Source of the DNA: Octopus vulgaris
Taxonomy: Eukaryota
Reading direction: 5' to 3'
Assembly: GCA_951406725.2 (NCBI GenBank)
Contig: OX597819.1
Coordinates: 39,060,001-39,124,000, forward strand
Length of the DNA: 64,000 nucleotides
In this document: positions 1 to 12,094 of the stretch, one piece after another
Position numbering within the stretch: position 1 is the first letter of the stretch
How the letters are laid out: every line of letters starts with the position of its first letter
Made by a program: the position numbers and the translations under genes
The notes under the pieces: generated by a model
Seen by the model: the letters and a program-made list of their open reading frames with translations, nothing else
Database searches by the model: none
What the model was told of the DNA's origin: nothing

Positions 1-818
<818 letters not shown>

Positions 819-942
819 CATTCAGCTGTAGAAACCATGCCAAATCAGACAGGAATCTGGTTTAGCCTTCCAGCTTGCTAACTCTGGTCAAACTGTTCAA
901 CCCATGCCAACATGGGCAATGGACGTTAAATGATGATGATGA

Positions 943-999
<57 letters not shown>

Positions 1000-1042
1000 C
1001 ACTCACACATATATATATATATATACACACACACATATGTGT

Positions 1043-1376
1043 GAAGGCGCATGGCACAGTGGTTAGGGTGTCGAGCTTACAATTGTGAGGTTGTGAGTTC
1101 GAATCCCAGACCAGGCTGCGTGTTGTGTTCTTGAGCAAGACACTATATTCACGTTGCTCCAGTTCACTCAGCTGTAGAAATGAGTTGCGACGTCACAGGT
1201 GCCAAGCTGTATCGGCCATTGCCCTTCCCTTGGATAACACTGGTGGCGTGGAGAAGGGAGGCCGACATGCGTGGGTGACTGCTGGTCTTTCATAAACAAC
1301 CTTGCCTGGACTCATGCCCAGGAGGGTAACTTTCTAGGTGCAATCACATGGTCAGTCATGACTAGAGTGGGGTCTC
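1043..1376 (+). mobile_element. tRNA-derived SINE family A (CORE-like body)
   Basis: A box TGGCACAGTGG, B box GTTCGAATCC, TTGTGTTCTTGAGCAAGACAC body. Second copy at 12784-13119. Confidence 0.85.
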
Positions 1377-1849
1377 AGATATATATGCATACATTTGCAT
1401 ACATATTACATATACACACACATATCATTCACTTAAGACACACCAAAAACTAATACAGCAAAACTCAGATGTATTGCTTTAGGTTCTAGAGAATCCATTA
1501 GAATAACTATATTAATATGTATCAAACGGCATAAGATAGAGTAATGAATTAGTGACAGGCATTAGTAGAAGAGAAAGGAATAAAGGTACAAGAACAAATG
1601 TATACAAAAATATAATTATAATAGATTGAGAAGTAGGTAGGAAAGCAATGAAAAGAACAGTAAAAGATAACAATAAAAGGGTAGTTCAAGAAGTGGATGT
1701 AATTATAAATAATTGGACAAAGAAAGTCAGAAAGACAAGTAAATGGAAAACGAGTCATTTATCATTTCCATCTTAATGATAGCTGTTGGTATGTATTTCA
1801 CAGTTGGTTAATGGAGTCTGTTGCAAGATCTAGAAAGAATTCAGTTATA

Positions 1850-2083
1850 CCTATTTCTTTACTACCCACAAGGGGCTAAACACAGAGGGAACAAATAAGG
1901 ACAGACAAACGGATTAAGTCGATTACATCGACCCCAGTGCGTAACTGGTACTTAATTTATCGACTCCAAAAGGATGAAAGGCAAAGTCAACCTTGGCGGA
2001 ATTTGAACTCAGAATGTAACGGCAGACGAAATAGGGCTACGCATTTCGCCCAGCGTGCTAACGTTTCTGCCAGCTCGCCGCCT
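1850..2083 (-). mobile_element. SINE family C monomer
   Basis: GGCGGCGAGCTGGCAGAAACG head, GACTTTGCCTTTCATCCTTT..GTCGATAAATTAAGTACC body, tail GCCCCTTGTGGGTAGTAAAGAAAT. Flanked by repeat AATTCAGTTATACCT. Confidence 0.85.
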
Positions 2084-2179
2084 CAATTCAGTTATACCTT
2101 CTGAATTCAGTTATACCTTCTGAAAACATTGGAAGATAAGCCAACAAGGGAATGGAATATATACACTGTTGCTCAAACT

Positions 2180-2370
2180 GATAGAAATAGCAGCCAAATT
2201 TCCCTTGAATAATACCTCATCATTCATTTGATATAAGGAAGAATACATTAAACAATGTATTGCTGCATTCACTAGTTCTCCGATAAATAAAACAGGATGG
2301 TCATGATGGGAAACCTCTGGTCATGAGTCTGCTGGATTAGAGCAGATATGAAGCTAAGTAACAACAACAA
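2180..2370 (+). mobile_element. Old dispersed repeat (AGAAATAGCAGCCAAA...AACAACAAC family)
   Basis: Motif recurs in either orientation near 25740, 25965, 29780, 48600 and 59470. Confidence 0.5.
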
Positions 2371-3149
2371 TAGAGTTTTAGGAAATATATGAATGGCCAT
2401 ACTGCTCACGTTATCTTTGTCTGCAAAGATGAGCAATGATACAATTATACATTAGTCTTATTATAAAGTTAAGCACCTTTCAATATGCTTCTGTGTTATT
2501 TTATAGTTTCCAATATAATTATTTCTAAAAATAAACATGTCAAAAAAAACCTTTCAAGATTTCTGAAAGTATACTAATGTCGACTGAATCTTAACTTGAA
2601 TGGTTTCCCAGTCAACCAAATACAATTCATAGAAACTGAATTATTGTTGATGTAAATACTTTTGCACAATAAACTATTCATTCCTAAACAAGTAAATTAT
2701 TTACCCTGTTCAAACAAGTCCACAAACTGAAATTGGATGTTTTAGCTGTTTCTCATTTTTAAAGTTAATATTTTCTACTTATGCACCAAAATTATGTTAC
2801 ATCCCAAATTTAGTCAGGCATTATCCCAATTAAAAATCTCATTGTTTATGCTGTTAGACAGTACTTATCTAATAAGTTAAAGAAATGCCTAGCAAAGAGT
2901 ATATTCACATTATAACTGAATCAAGAATTAAACAAAATTCTGCTTTCTATTTTTATGCATCTGAGAACTTTATGAAATTAATATTATCCTTAAAGCCACT
3001 GCATTTCAGCACTTTATTATAATAAGATGCTGTCTTTCTGGTAGAAGATATAAGATGAATGATAGCGGATAATTATGTACTAACATTTTTCACGAAATAA
3101 TTAATAGCAGGCAGGTGATTTGAAGCAGTATTTAATGAACTGTAATTCT

Positions 3150-4420
3150 TCATTTCACTTCCTAAATGGTGAGCATTTGTTACATATTGAATTTAAAGTA
3201 AAACCTGACAAAAATAATCAGGTGTGCAAATTTGTCTCAACAGTTATGTTTACGTATAAGTCATTAAATAACTTAGAACTCAATCCTGAGCATTCATTAC
3301 CTAGGTTGTAATTAGCCAGTCATCTTGATATAAATCACACTGTAATTTATCAAATTTAATAAATAAATATAAAATACAAAAACCAATACACTCACAAATT
3401 TCAGCAGAATCTACTCTATCCATTATTACATCAAAATAATTAGTGTCATACTTCTTTATCCATAGATCATTATCGAAAGAAAGTGATCTTCTTGCAAACA
3501 TGATGATTTTGTTATCAAAATTGAAATATAATTCTTGGTAAGAAAGAAAAAATGCAGTTTTGAGCAACAATTTAACTATTAATGAATATAATTCAATTAT
3601 ATCAAACTGGATAAATTTATAAAGATGCTTATTACTAATACTATTAAACTAATTAATAATTCAAACACTTCTTCCATCATGATAACTACATTGTTTATTA
3701 AATTTCAACAATAACAGTGTTTAAAGTACCTTTATTCACTATCCCTAACTTGCTAGATTTAATTAACATACATGGTTGACTATTAAAAAAAAAATCTGTT
3801 TGTGATCCTTCAATGTAATGTAAGGTCATCAAAAACTAAACATTTAATCTGGTTACCTATTTCTAACTCAGTAAATATTTCCTTAGCTTCTGAATTGATG
3901 GAACGAGTGGAGTGCCATTAGTGACTTTTATAATTATTAAAAATCTTTTGTAATATCTAACCTGTTATAAGATCATTGAACATGAAGTTGTCAAAGTACA
4001 TTTAGATTTTAAGAAATAACAATATCAGAAACTATAAAATTATTTGAAAGATATTAGAACAAGCTATATTTTAGAATCAAGGTAATGATAGCTGTGATCT
4101 TTGTATTTCAGAGAAAAATTAGTATATGTTCCATACAAATTATATTTTAAACACTCATTCTGACCTAACATAATTTTTTTTGTCATATCAAAATATTTGT
4201 AGGTTCATTTTAAAATACCATACTGTGGCATACTACCAACAAATCAAAAACTTTTATTTTGTTAATGTGCATTTTACACTCAATGCGTTTGTCATAAAAA
4301 ATTGGTATGTTTTATAATAATTTTTCAAAATGCCTGACAGTCTAGTATGCTAATGTTATATACTCCAAAAAAAATCAAAAGGTTTTCTGTTAACAGGCAT
4401 ATTCAGTAGTTTTCATTTTG
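3150..4420 (-). pseudogene. Degraded Penelope-like element RT, Naiad-like clade
   Basis: Motifs in order: YITLKDHK, FIQFDIIELY, IIMFARRSL..WIKK..FDVIM..DSAEICECIG..LYQDD, ITVETNL. Many stops and frameshifts. Confidence 0.75.
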
Positions 4421-4519
4421 TATATAAATACAAGATCGTTTGTTTAGTTGCTTTTATCATTTGAGAATCAGTAAAACATGAAACTCAGAGTAACAAATTA
4501 AGTTTCAGTTTAAAATGAA

Positions 4520-4667
4520 TTTTCTGATAATTTTCCACTTTAATAATTAGATGTTTATAAGTTTACATAAAAGTGACTCTGATAGGATAAGTGAGAAACT
4601 GCTATCAGTTTACCATTTTGTAAACTTATAAACATCAAATTATTAAACTGGAAAAATTATTGGAAAA
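4520..4667. repeat. Imperfect AT-rich inverted repeat (fold-back/MITE relic)
   Basis: TTTTCTGATAATTTTCCACTTTAATAATTAGATGTTTATAAGTTTACA is the reverse complement of the arm ending GGAAAA at 4667. Confidence 0.65.
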
Positions 4668-5094
4668 GCCATTTCTATTTATCTTTTCAAATACGTATAT
4701 ATGTAAGCGAGAAGTTTTTTTTTTCTCTTTATTTCATTCTTCTCTTCCTGTTTTCAATTTAACCATACTAATACACTCCCTATTTCTAGGTCATTTTAAA
4801 TACAAACCTTGACTCTACAACACTCTATATAAATTCCCTACTGAGAATGACCAACTTTAAGAGAATCTTACATTGCTTATAAACTCTATATTTGGAAGGA
4901 CTCATATTAAACTCTGTTGGACTTTTGGATTTTACTCAAAGGATATTGGAATATTACACATATATACTATTATGCCTATAAAACAGATTTACAAATTCAA
5001 TACCCATACATATCATACATCTATTTTCTTTCCTCCACCCCACTCTCTATTTTGTATCACATCGAAACTAACTATGACTTAATTTTTCCTCTCA

Positions 5095-5152
5095 CACCGT
5101 CTCTGATGAAGGGATATTATTAATTAATATCCTAGAAACAGCTGTAAGATCT
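5095..5152 (+). ncRNA. Minimal type I hammerhead ribozyme motif (PLE terminal-repeat type)
   Basis: CTGATGA (5103-5109), stem II GGATATT/AATATCC, GAAA, palindromic CAGCTG, GTA cleavage triplet, stem I GTCT/AGAT. Confidence 0.7.
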
Positions 5153-5816
5153 ATCTATAAATGCTCTAATATCTATACAGCCTTGGTGTTTTATCTTAAT
5201 ACGCAAAAAATTCTTATATATATAAATTTCTGCTGCTTTTAAATAAAGCATATTACTCTACCTCTGGTATTTGACTACTCTTTTTTCCACCTTGTTTCAC
5301 ATTTATGTGTTTACTCCGGTATATATATATATATAATATATAAAGGTAAGATCCAAGGATCGAGGTGTAGGAAGATAGTAATCTTCAAGCGGTCCATAGA
5401 AAGTATAATAAACAACTTTCAGGAACAACAGACATAGAAGGTTGCAAATTTTTCTATATCAAAGTTTGATAAGATGATAAACATTACTTTATATTTCATG
5501 GTTAGCAACTGCAGTTGCTATGGATGCAATTGAAAATTCAAATTTAGGGAGTGGAGTAGACAGGTTTTCAAATACTTGATGCTCTTCCTGTCACCAATCG
5601 TTATCTGTTTCCAAGCAAGTGTGAGCTGATAATGGTTTCCCATAGTCCTTCAAATACTAACAACACAATGGCCATATAAGTTTTTGTAGAAGATTGCCAA
5701 CAACTGTTTGTATGAGAAACAGAAACAGGCACACAAATACATTCATGAAATATGTTCACCTACACACCCACACAAAGACACACACAGACATGACAGACTT
5801 CTTTCAGTTTCCTTCT

Positions 5817-5897
<81 letters not shown>

Positions 5898-5959
5898 GGA
5901 AAAATAGAAGTTGAAAATGCACTGAGAACAGTTAAAATACTTTTTATTAATATATTTAA

Positions 5960-6540
5960 AGCTTTAAACAGTTTCATAGTTTACACTGATTTTCAAAATG
6001 TTGAAACTGAAAGAAGTGGCTTATGTCACAACTGTCTTGCTTCTAGTGACAAAGTTTGGCATCATAAGTTAAGGCTGTCACAGTTGACTGAACATGTCAA
6101 ACAATCAATGTTCTGAATGTCTCCTGTCAAGTGTTTGTAGGTATGAACCCATGATTAAGTTTATAACCTTTTGTATGTTTCCAGTCCATGCATCAGTGTC
6201 ACATGTCAGTATATTTTGCATCTAAAAATAAGTCCAATGTCAGTATATTTTGCATCTAAAAAGAAGGCCGACACGGTTGAGTGAACATATTTAGTTACAA
6301 TTAAGGCACTCCAAATTTAATCTGTCTGGTGGGAGTGTGGACAGGAGTTTTTCGTATATAGTCCAGTGGCTAAAGTTTGGGTTGTTAGCTGTGTAGGTTC
6401 CTCATGGTAAGTGGCAGAATGAGTTTTGTGTGTGAATAGTTATTTGTGTATGTACTCTGTTAAAGTTTGTCAAGTTTTCATTTGTACTTTTGTATGAAAG
6501 TATTTTCTTTGATTATCCATGCTTCATCTGTGGTATTCAT
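5960..6540 (-). mobile_element. Probable PLE 3' end (endonuclease C-terminus plus decayed terminal repeat)
   Basis: Minus frame AWIIKENTFIQKYK resembles PLE C-terminal R..KE..FI.KY.P.LN. Decayed TGAAAAT..GAAACTG hammerhead-like motif near 5965-5995. Confidence 0.4.
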
Positions 6541-6631
6541 TGAACATAGGTAGAGTGAGAAAACCCAGAATTTGGGGGCTTATTTTCTGCACATATGTCT
6601 ATGTGTCCACTCAGTGGAATATATATATATA

Positions 6632-7030
6632 TAGTTAATCCAAACATGAAAGCACAAAAAAAACACAACAACGCGAGGATGTGGAAAAAATATAGTATTA
6701 TTGGACGCTCAGGAAAGAAGGAGGGTTTAACGTTTCGAGCGGAGCTCTTCGTTGGAAACATAGGAGAAGGAAAGATCCAGAGAAGGGAAGACAGAGGAAA
6801 AAAAAAAATTGGCACATATATATATATATATATACATACATAAAGTTAATACAAACAAGAAAGCACAAAAAAATACAACGCAAGGCCGTGGAACAAATAT
6901 AGTATTATTGGACGCTCAGGAAAGAAGGAAGGAAGGAGGGTTTAACGTTTCGAGCAGAGCTCTTCGTCGGAAACATAGGAGAAGGGAAGACAGAGGAAAA
7001 AAAATCGCCAACGGTACACACGCGGTCACA
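6632..7030 (-). mobile_element. Two tandem ~200-bp hammerhead-bearing repeats separated by (TA)n
   Basis: Each has CC(G/A)ACGA-A-GAGC-NNN-GCTC-GAAACGTT. Related copies at 18975-19128, 52518-52690 and a partial one at 23935-24030. Confidence 0.7.
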
Positions 7031-7109
7031 CATATATACACATATACATATACACACACATATATACACATATACATATACACACACATATATATATATT
7101 TATAAAGTT

Positions 7110-7140
<31 letters not shown>

Positions 7141-7172
7141 GAAAGGAAATTGCTAAATGCTAAAATACTCAC

Positions 7173-7295
7173 AAAACAAAGTTCTGAATGTGTCAAGGAA
7201 TTGGCCCATAATTGTCATCAGTGTTTTACATTTTAATATGATCCAGATGTTATATTATCTATAGATTTCTTGTAGAATAATGGTACATCAAACCT
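7173..7295 (-). other. Putative host-gene exon containing start MGQFLDTFRTLF
   Basis: Donor GTGAGT at 7167-7172, possible acceptor TTTAG at 7296-7300, ATG at 7209. No homology confirmed. Confidence 0.25.
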
Positions 7296-7826
7296 CTAAA
7301 CTAATAGATCCCACAGGAAAGTTCTAGATACACTACTACTACTACTACAACTACAACCACCACCACCACCACCACTACTACTACTATACACACACATTGG
7401 ATGTTTCCCCAGACAACAATTTTTTGCTTGAGTGGGCAAAGGAAAACCAACTCCAATGCTAATGCACATTAATCAAATAGTGTTTTATGTTAGCCATATT
7501 TTGGACCTCTGCCACACAATAGTTACCTGAGCTATGTGTGCGTGTGTGTGTGGTTGGGTGTGAATATATGTATTTTAGTTTCTTGATATACATATTTATA
7601 TATATATGTATATATACATGCATATACATAATCATTAATATGTGTGTATATGTATATACATTTCTATATCTATCTATCTATCTATCTATCACCCTCATCT
7701 CTGCTTCTTGTTACCTATTTAATTAAAGACATGCCAGCATAAAACAATTAACTTCCCATTGTTATTATATCCATTTTCTTCTCTTATATATATATATGTA
7801 TGTATATATATATTAATAGAAATATA

Positions 7827-8128
7827 TATGCTGTCCTTAAACCCTTTTTGTAGGTTTATATCAATAACATTTCCCCTTTGCAAGCTCACCATAAAACAGC
7901 TGTTTTAGCATGCGTTCATCTGCCATTCAAACAATATGGCCACACTTCCTCATTTGGTTCCTCAAAATCATAGCTTTAATCGAGGTGAGGCCTGAAGATG
8001 CAAGGACATCTGTGTTTGGAGTAAAAGAACTTCATTTAATGTTTAAAATGCAATGAAGGCATTTTTGGTGGAATTGTTTTAATAGTTTGAAATGTCTTTC
8101 ATAACATGACCATGTTCGAGAAGAATAC
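7827..8128 (-). pseudogene. RTE-clade LINE ORF fragment (inverted 5' part)
   Basis: YSSRTWSCYERHFKLLKQFHQKCL...SIKAMILRNQMRKCGHIV*MADERMLKQLFYGELAKG..KPTKRFKDSI. Confidence 0.85.
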
Positions 8129-8139
8129 CACAGAGATGG

Positions 8140-8305
8140 TAAGGTTTAAGGATGGCATAAGGACTACCATAAAGTTACTTGGAATGGATCTAGAGGATAT
8201 AGAAACCCTTGCTTCAGATCGAGCTGGATGGCGAACACAAGTGTGGAGTGGAGTGAAACTGTTTGAAGAGGCCAGGATAACAGATGCAAGGCTCAAGAGA
8301 GATTT
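8140..8305 (+). pseudogene. RTE-clade LINE ORF C-terminus
   Basis: RFKDGIRTTIKLLGMDLEDIETLASDRAGWRTQVWSGVKLFEEAR matches the RTE/BovB-type C-terminus. Confidence 0.85.
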
Positions 8306-8508
8306 AAACATTTATAACATCAAACTCTTTCATTCACCAAATGCCACACATCAGCGAATATTTAATGAAAGTGTAGCAAAGCAAATAATGGTACCCTAGC
8401 ATGGTCACACTCTTGAGTTGAAACTAGAAATATATATAAGTGTGTGTGTGTGTATATATATGTGTGTATTTGTATATGTGTGTGTGTATATATATGTGTG
8501 TATATATA

Positions 8509-8545
<37 letters not shown>

Positions 8546-8553
8546 GTACATGT

Positions 8554-8933
8554 GGAGGCGCAATGGCCCAGTGGTTAGGGCAGCGGACTCGCGGTCGTAG
8601 GATCGCGGTTTCGATTCCCAGAACGGGCATTGTGAGTGTTTATTGAGCGAAAGCACCTAAAGCTTCACAAGGCTCCTGCAGGGGGTAGTGATGAACCCTG
8701 CTGTACTCTTTCACCACAACTTTCTCTCACTCTTTCTTCCTGTTTCTGTTGTACCTGTATTTCAAAGGGCCAGCCTTGTCACACTCTGTGTCACGCTGAA
8801 TCTCCTCGAGAACTACATTAAGGGTACACGTGTCTGTGGAATGCTCAGCCACTTGCACGTTAATTCCACGAGCAAGCTGTTCCGTTGATCGTATCAGCTG
8901 GGACCCTCATCGTCGTAACCGACGGAGTGCTCC
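8554..8933 (+). mobile_element. tRNA-derived SINE family B, tail type 1
   Basis: A box TGGCCCAGTGG, B box GTTTCGATTCC. Close copies at 34294-34654 and 63318-63697. Confidence 0.9.
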
Positions 8934-9019
8934 TATATATTCTATATATGTACATACATATATACATACATATATACAAACATGCACACACACACACACT
9001 ATGTGCATATATTCATAAA

Positions 9020-9750
9020 GAAGTGATTCCCAACAGATTCATAGTGCCATTTATATTAAACACAGTCAGACTTATTCTGGAAAACAACACATTCTTCTTC
9101 AATGGAAAAAAATTACATCCAAACTAAAGGCATGGCTATGTGAATGAGATTTGCTCCTGTTTATGCGAACTCTGTAATGGGATATTTAGAACAACAACTC
9201 TACAAAGAAGTAGAGGAAAGCTATAGCACTAAATTGAGAAAGTATATTGAAAAGGCAAGGAAGAAATACCTTGATGACTGCTTCATAATCTGGACAGAAT
9301 TTCTAAATACTCTGGAAGAGTTCAATATCCTCCTAAACAACCTACACCCATCTCTCCAATTTACAAAGGAGATGAGTAGTACCAAATTACCATTCCTACA
9401 TGTAATTGTAGTTAAAAAGGACACCACCATTATCACAGATAGATATGATAAACACACAAACACACATCAATACCAGAATTTTATGTCATGACATCCACCA
9501 CATACAAAATGCAACATTCCATACTACCTAGCCAGAAGAATTTGTACCATTGGAGAAGATGCAAATATCAGGAACAAATGCCAAACAGAACTAAGAGAAT
9601 TTTTGCTCAAACAAAAATACCCATCTCTACTTATAGAAAATGGCATACAGTGGGCTATAAAAATACCCATACAATAACTAACGACAACCCAAAGAAGACA
9701 AAAACAAGAACAAGTCATACCATTTATAGTGACACACAATCCATGAATTC
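9020..9750 (+). pseudogene. Penelope-like element RT fragment (Neptune/Poseidon-type)
   Basis: LILENNTFFFNG, APVYANSVMG, KYLDDCF, LHPSLQFT, LPFL, THQY, HPPHTKCNIPY. Frameshifted. Confidence 0.88.
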
Positions 9751-10516
9751 CGCCAAAATTACTATTTAGCCTGTACAGTATTAATTGCTTTTGGGATATC
9801 TATTGAGTATTAAAAATTTTTTTTATTAATATTTTACTGGTTAAATCAGAGTAGGAAGAGTGGCACCCATAGCCCTTTTAAGGCCCTCCAAGATGAGTGG
9901 CATGAAGGAACAAAGTTATCCTCAAACCAGAGACTTGGTTGGTTGATATGTTTGCAACAGAGTCAGCTCCGTTAAATGAGCTGGGTAGTATCGTTAAACC
10001 AGTAAGGTATCAGATTAAACCTGCTACCAATATCTTTAAGAGACTTCCACACTGATTACATCAACTAAATTTCATTCTAAAACGAATATTTGCTCAACTC
10101 AAAATTTTGTTTGAAGACACTTACCTTAAGTACTGCACACTAAGATTGAACCCATGGTTCAATAGTTGCAAAGCATACCTCTTAACCACATAGCTATTCA
10201 TGTGTCCATATCAAGCAGAACAAATATGACAAGACTAGTTGTTTTTTGATGTCACTGAAAGGGCTTTCAGCAGCCTGCTCTAACAGATTGAAACATCCAC
10301 TTTAAGTCTATGTCCCAACATCTTTAGAATTACGTGTCTGTTGTTATAGCAACAGCTATTAACAAAATTAACAAATATATCTATCGGATAAATGCAAAGA
10401 TATAATAGAAGAAAGTGTCACTAAAATACTTCAGTATAATCAAATATAAATATCACTAGAAATTGATGGCAGATACACGGATACATACATATATGTATGT
10501 ACACACTTAAGTATAA

Positions 10517-10553
<37 letters not shown>

Positions 10554-10765
10554 ATGTGTATGTATATATATGTATGTATATATATATATATGTGTGCATA
10601 TATACACATGTATTTACATATTCAAATACATACATACATACATACAAATATAGATAGATAGATAGATAGATATGTATGTATTTGAGTATGTAAGTACATG
10701 TATATATATGCATATATATATTTATATACACACATATATATATATATATATATACATAGACATAC

Positions 10766-10925
10766 TTTAGATCGCTATCCACTACACATTTTTTATTTTC
10801 TCTCCTTGTTTCTTTCTGTGTTCCTTTCTGTGGAAGAGCGTAGGCTCGAAATGTTAAACTAATACATCTGTTTGTTGTCTATACCACCTGTCTTCGTCTT
10901 TCGTCTTTTTGTGAATTCTCCCCCT
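10766..10925 (+). mobile_element. Short (TA)-associated repeat with hammerhead-like motif, family 2
   Basis: CTGTGGA-A-GAGC-GTAG-GCTC-GAAA. Homologous copy at 30938-31097. Confidence 0.6.
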
Positions 10926-10928
10926 ATA

Positions 10929-11385
10929 TTTTATTTATTTTATCTAGTTTCAGCTCACGAGTTGTGGCCATGCTGGGGCATCGCCATTTGGTGTTGCAAC
11001 ATAATTTTACTTCACGAATGCTTTTTAGGAATTGACATTTGGTGCATGAGAGAGTTTGATGCAGCTGCCCTCATGTGCACCTCCTGCTGCGAAGTTGGTT
11101 CATCTGGGACACCTGACAGGAAGACGTCCAGCTTTATTTTGAAGACACCTACATCCACCCTATGCAAGTCTCTCAGGTCTTTCAAGAGGATATTGAAGAG
11201 CTGTAGACCTCTGAAGCCCAGGCTATTGCAGTATCTTGTCCTACATCTTGATGGCAAATTTGGAGTCCTTGGCACTATGCAGTGGTGCCCAGTTCTAGCA
11301 TTTGTGTAACTCTTGATGCCAAAGTTTGGGACAAGTCCTTCCAGGATCTTCCAGATGTATATTATGGCATATCTTTCTCGCCATA
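10929..11385 (-). pseudogene. CR1-group LINE 3' end (ORF2 C-terminus plus 3' UTR)
   Basis: [21 protein letters not shown]...LFNILLKDLR...FKIKLDVFLSGVPDEP, followed by (TAAAA/TAAA)n tail. Confidence 0.85.
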
Positions 11386-11405
11386 TCTATATCTGTATCT
11401 ATCTA

Positions 11406-11462
<57 letters not shown>

Positions 11463-11921
11463 GTATATAAAATGTATAAAAGATGGGAGAAAGAGAAAGG
11501 AATTCATGAAACTCTTTATTATTCATTACATTCATTTTGACCCATCATGCTTTCATGGGTTAGATGAAGTTTAAACGAGGCAGTTTTGCTGCAGCTGGTG
11601 ACCCTTAACATGCAGGTTTTCTCATTGAGGGAGAAAGCTAGGGCACTCCAGATGACTTTCATGGCAGCACTTTCTTTTGTGGGTCCAGGCATATAGATCA
11701 TGCAGTCCTTTAACCTGCTGGCTGCCAGGACCACATTGTAACAGTGGGGCCACTGCATGGAAAGCATCTTTATTTGGGGATAGTTATATGTTGGCATGTA
11801 TTTTTTTTTCTTTCTTTTTTTGCTCTAGAACTTAAGAATAGCTTTCGTTTATCTTTAATGTTATTAACAAACAATTTGACATCAATTAGCACCACCTGAT
11901 GAATAATAACTGTGTGATTTA

Positions 11922-12052
11922 GCTGCTGCTGCTGAGGAGGAGGAGGAGGGGCGTGGGGTGGAGGTGGCGGCGGCGGCGGCGGTGGTGGTGGTGGTTTAGG
12001 AAGAGGAGGAGGAGGAGGAGGAGGAAGAAGAAGGGGAGGAGGGGAGGAGGAG
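11922..12052. repeat. Compound GCT/GGA/GGT/GGC trinucleotide repeat
   Basis: Direct inspection. Confidence 0.9.
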
Positions 12053-12069
12053 TCAGTTGTCAAACTCAC

Positions 12070-12094
12070 ATGTCTTAATCGGAGCATGTACCTT
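12070..12094 (-). other. Putative 25-nt micro-exon
   Basis: ttattcttgctcttaacttaatttag|AAGGTACATGCTCCGATTAAGACAT|gtgagt. Confidence 0.3.

Noticed and set aside
1837-1851. Shared TTCAGTTATA target for SINE C insertions at 1.8 and 57.3 kb
   Set aside because: Opposite orientation relative to the SINE, and other TSDs are unrelated. Probably chance.
8554-8625. Functional tRNA genes at SINE heads
   Set aside because: Imperfect cloverleaf, always continuing into a SINE body
11770-12087. Poly-Pro/Gln ORF (formin-like)
   Set aside because: Low-complexity triplet tract lying just past a splice donor, with no flanking domain
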